12,018 nt of DNA from Candidatus Methanophagaceae archaeon. GTDB lineage: Archaea > Halobacteriota > Syntropharchaeia > Alkanophagales > Methanospirareceae. This document shows, piece after piece, positions 1-4,954 of the stretch. The notes below the pieces were generated by a model. The model was not told where the DNA came from, ran no database searches, and was given only the letters and a program-made list of their open reading frames with translations. The DNA lies in contig PQXB01000004.1 in the NCBI GenBank assembly GCA_003194425.1, positions 1 to 12,018 of the forward strand, read 5' to 3'. The stretch's first letter is position 1, and the number at the start of each line of letters is the position of its first letter. A program made the position numbers and the translations under genes.

Positions 1-129
1 GACCTCGGAATCCCGTACATCACGACGATGCAGGCGGCGAGCGCGGCTGCGGACGCGATATTGGGCGTGAAAACATTCGGACGGAGGGGAGGGGTTGAGG
101 TGAAGTCAGTGAACGAGTATTTCAAATGA
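1..129 (+). CDS. carB: 3' end of carbamoyl-phosphate synthase large subunit (C-terminal MGS-like/allosteric domain), 5'-truncated by the window edge
   Basis: Frame 1 is open from position 1 to TGA at 127-129. The 42-aa peptide DLGIPYITTMQAAASAAADAILGVKTFGRRGGVEVKSVNEYFK resembles the extreme C-terminus of CarB as I remember it (IPy.TT..aA.a...ai ... v.S.qEy). Recognition rests on 42 aa only. Confidence 0.5.
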   Translation, partial: DLGIPYITTMQAASAAADAILGVKTFGRRGGVEVKSVNEYFK

Positions 130-455
130 AAAAAATTGGTTTGTCTAAAAATTAACAAATCAGCATAGTTAGCACAACATCTTAACTATATTCTCAAACT
201 TGGTTGCTCTCACAAACTCACCGAATCTGCGTTGTTTATAACAAGAGAACATGGACGCTGCAACCCACCTCATTTCTAATCCCTGTAGACAAAAACAAAA
301 AAAACTTCACGAACCTCTTGACCATGCCTTCCTTTATAAACCTTCCCTTCCAATCTCTTTTTACCATAAAATTACTTGGTTTATATTATCCGACAATCCA
401 ATTAATTAGTTCAAGTTTAAAAAGGAAAAAGGAAAATTCTTAAGAAGTCGTGCAG
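130..455. other. Unusually long (326 nt) AT-rich non-coding spacer upstream of the AcnX small-subunit gene, with TATA-like boxes
   Basis: No convincing ORF. The 204..443 ORF starts with TTG and is low-complexity and AT-driven. TATA-like strings: tttataaa at 333-340, tttatatta at 380-388, tttaaaaa at 416-423. The last lies about 35 nt upstream of ATG 456. A weak 7-bp hairpin (atagtta/taactat) lies near 164-190. All other spacers in the window are 0-183 nt. Confidence 0.5.
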
Positions 456-899
456 ATGAAACTAAAAGGCAGGAGCGTCGCAAAAGGAGTGGCTGCAGGG
501 AAAGCGTTGGTCTCAAGGCAAAGAATCTCGTTCCTCGGTGCTGTCGAGCCTACAACTGGCGTTGTTGTGGACAAAACACACGACCTCTACGGAAAAGGGG
601 TAGCGAGTCGGGTTTTAGTGTTTCCTGGCGGGAAGGGCTCGACCGTCGGCTCTTATGTAATTTACCAGCTCAAGAAGCACGGAAAAAGCCCGGCTGCGAT
701 GGTTATTCTCGATCGCAGTGCAGACACGATTGTAGCAGTTGGGGCGATCATCGCGGAAATTCCTGCCGTTGACTCTGTTGAACTTAAACTTGAACTTGAA
801 CTTGGAGCTGGAGCAGCCGAAGGAGAAGGCGGACGCGGGCTGTTGCGGGACGGCGAGAAGGTGGTTGTGAATGCAGACGAGGGCTACATCGAGTTCTGA
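456..899 (+). CDS. Aconitase X swivel-domain protein (DUF126); putative phosphomevalonate dehydratase small subunit of the archaeal modified mevalonate pathway
   Basis: ORF 450..899; I prefer ATG 456 over GTG 450. MKLKGRSVAKGVAAGKALVSRQRISFLGAVEPTTGVV..HDLYGKGVASRVLVFPGGKGSTVGSYVIYQLKKHGKSPAAMV fits the DUF126/AcnX-small pattern (G.A.G.alv...iSF.Gg.d...G......l.G.s..g.vLvFP.gKGSTvGsyv.y.l...G.aPaA.i). No large subunit is adjacent in this window. It carries a hexamer-repeat insertion at 780-833. Confidence 0.8.
   Translation: MKLKGRSVAKGVAAGKALVSRQRISFLGAVEPTTGVVVDKTHDLYGKGVASRVLVFPGGKGSTVGSYVIYQLKKHGKSPAAMVILDRSADTIVAVGAIIAEIPAVDSVELKLELELGAGAAEGEGGRGLLRDGEKVVVNADEGYIEF
780..833 (+). repeat. 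In-frame hexanucleotide repeat arrays inside the AcnX small-subunit gene
   Basis: gaactt aaactt gaactt gaactt (780-803), ggagct ggagca (804-815), gaagga gaaggc (819-830). Together they encode ELKLELELGAGAAEGEGG, between the conserved IPAVD segment and the C-terminal GEKVVVNADEGYIEF hairpin. Confidence 0.85.
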
Positions 900-907
900 C
901 AAGGCAG

Positions 908-925
908 TTTTTTTGCTTGTTTTTT
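908..925 (+). terminator. Oligo-T archaeal-type terminator after the AcnX small-subunit gene
   Basis: T7 at 908-914 and T6 at 920-925 begin 9 nt after the stop at 897-899. The second T-run overlaps the stop codon (924-926, complement) of the convergent 136-aa gene. Confidence 0.45.
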
Positions 926-1334
926 ACGCAGGCAAAAATTGGAACAGAGTTACGAGGGCTGCGAGAACTGTAAAACCTACACCCAAAAAGATAAATAGCT
1001 GTGATATTTTCTGCTCTAGTCGTTCAAACCGCTCGTCAATCTTTTCAAACCGCTCGTCAATCTTTTCAAACCGTGCGTCCACTCGTTCAAAACGCTTGTC
1101 CATCTCCTGCCTTAACCCCCCAAACCCCTCTCGCATCTCCTTCTGAAGAGCATTCACGTGGCTCCGTAAATACCACAAATTGAAGAGGCTACAGACGTCA
1201 GGGTCAGTGATCTTCCGACGCTCCTCAAGCACGTCCTGCATCGCCTCTTGGAACTCCTTCTCAAGCACCCTGAGCAGTAAATCCTCCGAGGCTCTCTCCG
1301 TGTACTCCCAGCCTCCTTCTCTCTCTTCTCCCAT
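924..1334 (-). CDS. Tail-anchored coiled-coil membrane protein with 7-aa (21-bp) tandem repeats; function unknown
   Basis: 136-aa ORF with ATG at 1334. The N-terminal and central part is charged and helical. MDKRFER VDARFEK IDERFEK IDERFER LEQKISQ are consecutive heptads. A single C-terminal hydrophobic segment LFIFLGVGFTVLAALVTLFQFL ends 2 aa before the stop. Codon usage matches neighbouring genes. I cannot assign a family from memory. Confidence 0.6.
   Translation of the reverse strand: MGEEREGGWEYTERASEDLLLRVLEKEFQEAMQDVLEERRKITDPDVCSLFNLWYLRSHVNALQKEMREGFGGLRQEMDKRFERVDARFEKIDERFEKIDERFERLEQKISQLFIFLGVGFTVLAALVTLFQFLPA
1023..1106 (-). repeat. 21-bp in-frame tandem repeat (2 perfect + 2 degenerate copies) encoding the RFEKIDE heptads
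   Basis: ttcaaaccgctcgtcaatctt at 1023-1043 and 1044-1064 are identical. Copies at 1065-1085 and 1086-1106 are diverged. Confidence 0.9.
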
Positions 1335-1382
1335 TTTTTTCTTCTATTTTTTATTGCTTGTAATCTTTTTATGAAAAAATAA
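1335..1382. promoter_or_regulatory. 48-nt AT-rich divergent promoter region (136-aa gene <-> taw1)
   Basis: attttttatt (1346-1355) lies about 30 nt upstream of the taw1 ATG at 1383. The complement of ctttttat (1365-1372) lies about 30-35 nt upstream of the minus-strand start at 1334. This spacing implies leaderless or near-leaderless mRNAs. Motif assignment is by eye only. Confidence 0.4.
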
Positions 1383-2387
1383 ATGCGGAAAACATTAGAA
1401 AAGCAGGGCTACCACTTCGTAGGACCGCACAAGCACAGTGCGGTGAAGACTTGTCTTTGGCTGTGGAAGGCGATGAGGCGCGAGGGCGAGGGAAACTGCT
1501 ACAAGGGGAAGTTTTACGGCATCGCCGCGCACAGGTGCGTCCAAATGACGCCCTCAATCTTCTGCAACCAGCGCTGCGTTCACTGCTGGCGTCCGCTTGA
1601 GGCTTTTAACATAAATGAGAAAAAAGAGGAAGAGGTCGTTTGGGACTCGCCTGAAGAGATTGTGGACGGCTGCCTAAAGGAGCAGCAGCGGCTTATTTCT
1701 GGGTTCAAAGGCTCACACAAGACAGACAAGAACACCTTTGCGGAAGCTCAGACTCCAAAGCACGCTGCGATTTCGCTCATCGGCGAGCCGACTTTGTACC
1801 CACAGTTAGCGGAACTTGTTCAGGAATTTCACTCACGCGGAATGACAACTTTCGTGGTGACGAACGGCACGAACCCAGAGGTGGTGCGGAAAATAAGCCC
1901 CTCGCAGTTGTATTTGTCCTTGAACGCGCCCAACGAGGAGATTTACAAAAAGGTTGCACACCCTGACTACAACTACTGGAGCCGTGTAAAAGAGTCGCTT
2001 GAGGAGCTGGGACGGAAGGGGAAGGAGAAAGAGAGGGAGGAGAAGGAGAGAGAGGAAGGAGAGGAGGCAGAGGAGGGAGAGGAGGAGGGGAAACGGAGAA
2101 CGAGGACGGTGGTAAGAATTACCTGCGTAGAAGGGCTGAACATTCAAAATCCAGAGGGCTACGTGGAGTTGTTAAAAATAGCGAAGCCCGACTTCGTCGA
2201 GGTTAAGGCTTTTATGCACATCGGGTACTCGCGGAGGCGGTTGCCTCGTGAGGCAATGCCCTCGCACTCACGCGTGAAAGCGTTTGCAAGCGAAATTGCA
2301 GAGCAGTTAGGCTCGGGCTCAGGAGCAGACTACAAGGTCGTGAACGAGTCGGAGGTGAGTCGGGTAGTTCTTGTTTCAAAGAAATAA
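1383..2387 (+). CDS. taw1: tRNA 4-demethylwyosine synthase (TYW1/Taw1), radical SAM
   Basis: LEKQGYHFVGPHKHSAVKTCLWLWKAMRREGEGNCYKGKFYGIAAHRCVQMTPSIFCNQRCVHCWRP parallels the N-terminus of archaeal Taw1 (M. jannaschii MJ0257 type). It has the three auxiliary-cluster Cys (KTC, NCY, HRC) and the CX3CX2C radical-SAM motif (CNQRCVHC). Downstream are the conserved LIGEPTLYP, VTNGT, LSLNAP and VEVKAFMHIG segments. It contains an E/K/G insertion encoded by a polypurine tract. Confidence 0.9.
   Translation: MRKTLEKQGYHFVGPHKHSAVKTCLWLWKAMRREGEGNCYKGKFYGIAAHRCVQMTPSIFCNQRCVHCWRPLEAFNINEKKEEEVVWDSPEEIVDGCLKEQQRLISGFKGSHKTDKNTFAEAQTPKHAAISLIGEPTLYPQLAELVQEFHSRGMTTFVVTNGTNPEVVRKISPSQLYLSLNAPNEEIYKKVAHPDYNYWSRVKESLEELGRKGKEKEREEKEREEGEEAEEGEEEGKRRTRTVVRITCVEGLNIQNPEGYVELLKIAKPDFVEVKAFMHIGYSRRRLPREAMPSHSRVKAFASEIAEQLGSGSGADYKVVNESEVSRVVLVSKK
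2014..2093 (+). repeat. 80-nt polypurine tract (single C interruption at 2068) inside taw1
   Basis: Only G and A from 2014 to 2067, then c, then only G and A from 2069 to 2093. It encodes GRKGKEKEREEKEREEGEEAEEGEEEGK immediately before the conserved RTVVRITCVEGLN strand. The internal periodicity is imperfect (KEKEREE/KEREEGEE). Confidence 0.9.
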
Positions 2388-2388
2388 A

Positions 2389-3084
2389 ATGCGAGTTGTG
2401 GGCGTAACAGGAGGAATAGCAAGCGGAAAGAGCCTCGTGCTGCGTGCTTTTATGCGACTCGGGGCTTACGGCATTGACTGCGACGTCTTGAGCCGGGAGG
2501 TTGTAACGCCGTGTTCAAAGGCGTGGTGGCAGGTAGTGCGTCGGTTTGGCAGCGAAATCTTGAGCCGGGATTTGGAGGTTGACAGGAAGAAGCTGCGAGC
2601 GGTTGTCTTCCGCGACCCCGAGAAACTCCGCGTTTTAGAAAAAATAATTCACCCCAAAGTGCGGGCAAAGTGCGTAGAGCGGTTAGAAGCGGTAAAGAAA
2701 CTCAGTGAGGGTGCAGAAGCAGAAGCACTCGTCGTCGTTGACGTCCCGCTCTTGATTGAGAAGCGGCTTCAGGAAGAATTTGGAAAAATAATTCTTGTTT
2801 TTGTCGGTGAGGCGACGCAGACGAGACGGCTGACAGAACGGTCGGCGCGAGAAGGGGAGACGCTGACGCGGGAGGAGGTGAAAAAAATGATTTCTTTACA
2901 AACGCCGCTGAAGGAGAAGTTGAGGTTCGCGGATTTTGTGATAAACAACGAGGGCACGGTCGAAGAGACAGAGGAGCAGGTCAGGAGCGTCTTTGCGACT
3001 CTTACCCTTACCTCCCGCCCAGCCCCAACTCCTCAAGAACAAGCAAGTCAATTTCGTCAGCCAAAACAGCGAAACGGTCCTTGA
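2389..3084 (+). CDS. coaE: Dephospho-CoA kinase, bacterial/eukaryotic CoaE type
   Basis: I prefer ATG 2389 (1 nt after the taw1 stop at 2385-2387) over TTG 2371. MRVVGVTGGIASGKSLV carries the P-loop. IDCDVLSREVV, KIIHPKV, VVVDVPLLIE and FADFVINNEG track E. coli CoaE blocks (LTGGIGSGKS, IDADIIARQVV, LLHPLI, VVPLLVE, DDVIDNNG). The last ~28 aa (TLTSRPAPTPQEQASQFRQPKQRNGP) are non-conserved and run antisense over the 3' end of the convergent gene. Confidence 0.85.
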   Translation: MRVVGVTGGIASGKSLVLRAFMRLGAYGIDCDVLSREVVTPCSKAWWQVVRRFGSEILSRDLEVDRKKLRAVVFRDPEKLRVLEKIIHPKVRAKCVERLEAVKKLSEGAEAEALVVVDVPLLIEKRLQEEFGKIILVFVGEATQTRRLTERSAREGETLTREEVKKMISLQTPLKEKLRFADFVINNEGTVEETEEQVRSVFATLTLTSRPAPTPQEQASQFRQPKQRNGP

Positions 3085-3370
3085 ACTCGGCTATTTTCGC
3101 CCTCTTCTCCTCCGCCGTCCCCGCGTTGTCAAGCTTCTCCTCAAGATCCACCTCCTTGTGAAAAATGTCGTAAATCAGCGTAAAAATACCCACTCTCCTG
3201 CTCCGAAATCCCTTCAAGTCCCCCGAAATCTCCTCGCCCTTCAAATGCTTCTCTTGTATTTCGTCAAACTCCCTGAAGACCGCCTCCCGCTCCTTGTAAA
3301 AATCGTCTACCGCCTTCAAAAGCGTTCTTGGCACCTTCTCCTCTTCCTCTTTCTCTCCCTTTTCGGTCAT
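3008..3370 (-). CDS. Hypothetical acidic, predicted all-helical 120-aa protein
   Basis: ATG at 3370. The composition is E/K/D-rich, like the neighbours (MTEKGEKEEEEKVPRTLLKAVDDFYKEREAVFREFDEIQEKHL...). There is no TM segment and no motif I recognise. The 3' end overlaps coaE by 77 nt. It is coding-like, but the family is unknown. Confidence 0.5.
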   Translation of the reverse strand: MTEKGEKEEEEKVPRTLLKAVDDFYKEREAVFREFDEIQEKHLKGEEISGDLKGFRSRRVGIFTLIYDIFHKEVDLEEKLDNAGTAEEKRAKIAEFKDRFAVLADEIDLLVLEELGLGGR

Positions 3371-3468
3371 CGCTCAACAATATCAAAATCCCTACTGCTG
3401 TTTAAATATTTTTCTATTTTTAATTTTAAACTTTCAAAGAAGATACGAAATAAAAACACGAAATAAAA
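3371..3468. promoter_or_regulatory. 98-nt AT-rich divergent promoter region (120-aa gene <-> thiC)
   Basis: The near-palindromic tttaaata (3401-3408) lies about 34 nt from the minus-strand start at 3370. tttttaattttaaa (3417-3430) lies about 45 nt upstream of the thiC ATG at 3469. Assigned by eye. Confidence 0.4.
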
Positions 3469-3470
3469 AT
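3445..3470 (+). repeat. 13-bp tandem direct repeat abutting the thiC start codon
   Basis: acgaaataaaaac (3445-3457) and acgaaataaaaat (3458-3470) match at 12/13 positions. The second copy ends in the A and T of the ATG at 3469-3471. Confidence 0.8.
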
Positions 3471-4872
3471 GAGCACCAATTCTGCCACCGCCAACAGGAA
3501 CTCGGACGGAGAAAGCGAGAAGAAGGAATTAGAGGAATTAGAGAAGGTTGCTGCGTCGGAAGGAGTTAGCGTAGCGAGGTTGCGAAGGCTTCTTGCAGCA
3601 GGTAGAGTGGTAATTCCAAGAAATGCAAACAGAGGCTCTGCGAATATTGAGCTGAAAGCGATTGGCGAGGGAATGAGCACGAAGGTGAATGTGAATGTAG
3701 GAACTTCAAAGGACTACGCTAATGTTGAGGAGGAGGTGGAGAAGGCGAGAATCGCTGTAAAATACGGTGCTGACGCGATAATGGACCTTTCTACGGGCGC
3801 TACGAACAGCGACCTCGACGAGACACGAAGAGCGATTTTGCGGGCGGTTGCAGTGCCTGTTGGGACAGTCCCGATTTACCAAGCCGCGTTAGGGAAGGCA
3901 GGAAAGGCAGGAAAGGCAGGAGAAGGAGGAGAAGGAGAAGAAGGAGGAGAAGGAGAAGAAGGAAATCGGGCGGTCGTGGAAATGACCGTAGACGAGTTGT
4001 TCAACACGGTAAGGAAGCACGCAGAAGACGGCGTTGACTTTGTTACCGTTCACGCGGGCGTGAACCTGAACTCGTTGGAGCGGCTGAAGCGGAGCGGGCG
4101 GATTTTGGGGGTCGTCAGTCGCGGCGGTGCGTTCCTCGTTGCTTGGATGCTTCACAACGAGCGAGAGAACCCGCTCTACAAAGAATTTGACTACCTCTTG
4201 GAAATCGCGAAAGAACACAACTTAACGCTCAGCTTGGGCGACGGAATGCGGCCGGGCTGCATTTCTGACGCCTCTGACCGTGCGAAATACGCAGAAGTCA
4301 TCACGCTTGGCGAGCTCGTGAAGCGGGCGCGGGAAGCGGGCGTGCAGGCGATGGTTGAGGGTCCCGGGCACGTGCCGCTGAACGAAATCGAGGCGTCAGT
4401 GAAGACAATAAAGCATTTGACCGATTTTGCACCGCTCTACCTTTTGGGTCCGCTTGTAACTGACCTCGCACCAGGCTACGACCACTTCGTTAGTGCGGTC
4501 GGCGGGGCGGTTGCGGGAATGCACGGTGCGGACTTTCTCTGTATGGTCTCGCCCTCGGAGCATTTGGCTCTGCCCTCCGCGGCGGACATTAAAGAAGGCA
4601 CGATCGTAACGAAAATCGCAGCACACGCCGCAGACCTCGCAAAAGAAGGGCAGAGCGAGCAGAGCGGGCTGAGAGCGCGGGCGAGACGGCTGGACGACGA
4701 GATGGCAGACGCAAGAAAGAACCTTGACTGGAGGAGGCAGTTAGAACTCGCGATAAATCCCGAGGAGGCGCGGCGAATAAGAAACCGCAGACCCTCGGGC
4801 AGCGACGCCTGCTCAATTTGCGGCGACTTGTGTGCGATAAAAATGCTGAAGGAATTTTTGAAGAGAGAATGA
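3469..4872 (+). CDS. thiC: Phosphomethylpyrimidine (HMP-P) synthase ThiC, radical SAM, short archaeal/anaerobe form
   Basis: Conserved ThiC blocks are present: [105 protein letters not shown]. The C-terminal Cys cluster is [11 protein letters not shown]. It contains a compound tandem-repeat insertion right after VPIYQAALG. Confidence 0.95.
   Translation: MSTNSATANRNSDGESEKKELEELEKVAASEGVSVARLRRLLAAGRVVIPRNANRGSANIELKAIGEGMSTKVNVNVGTSKDYANVEEEVEKARIAVKYGADAIMDLSTGATNSDLDETRRAILRAVAVPVGTVPIYQAALGKAGKAGKAGEGGEGEEGGEGEEGNRAVVEMTVDELFNTVRKHAEDGVDFVTVHAGVNLNSLERLKRSGRILGVVSRGGAFLVAWMLHNERENPLYKEFDYLLEIAKEHNLTLSLGDGMRPGCISDASDRAKYAEVITLGELVKRAREAGVQAMVEGPGHVPLNEIEASVKTIKHLTDFAPLYLLGPLVTDLAPGYDHFVSAVGGAVAGMHGADFLCMVSPSEHLALPSAADIKEGTIVTKIAAHAADLAKEGQSEQSGLRARARRLDDEMADARKNLDWRRQLELAINPEEARRIRNRRPSGSDACSICGDLCAIKMLKEFLKRE
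3892..3963 (+). repeat. Compound in-frame tandem repeat inside thiC: 3 x 9 bp, then 9 bp, then 2 x 18 bp
   Basis: gggaaggca / ggaaaggca / ggaaaggca (3892-3918), ggagaagga (3919-3927), and ggagaaggagaagaagga twice, perfectly (3928-3945 and 3946-3963). It encodes [24 protein letters not shown]. Confidence 0.9.
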
Positions 4873-4954
4873 GTTGGGGAGGCTCGGAAAATATTTTCAA
4901 GAGTTTTATAGACTAAAGAATAAAGTCTAAAAAATAAAACAGAAAAGAGGAAAA
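4873..4954 (+). promoter_or_regulatory. Promoter and RBS region of the secreted repeat-protein gene
   Basis: The TATA-like ttttatag (4904-4911) lies about 47 nt upstream of ATG 4955. The Shine-Dalgarno-like gagg (4947-4950) lies 4 nt upstream of the ATG. Confidence 0.35.

Noticed and set aside
204-443. 79-aa ORF in the long spacer
   Set aside because: It has a TTG start and an AT-driven, N/K/L/F/I-rich translation that does not look protein-like. There is no RBS and no recognisable motif.
2371-2388. TTG 2371 start for coaE, overlapping taw1
   Set aside because: ATG 2389 places the P-loop (GVTGGIASGKS) at the usual distance of about 5-6 residues from the N-terminus, and sits directly after the taw1 stop.
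3371-3468. TPP riboswitch upstream of thiC
   Set aside because: The spacer is too short and AT-rich, and I could not find the conserved TPP aptamer core strings on the plus strand. An Rfam scan would be decisive.
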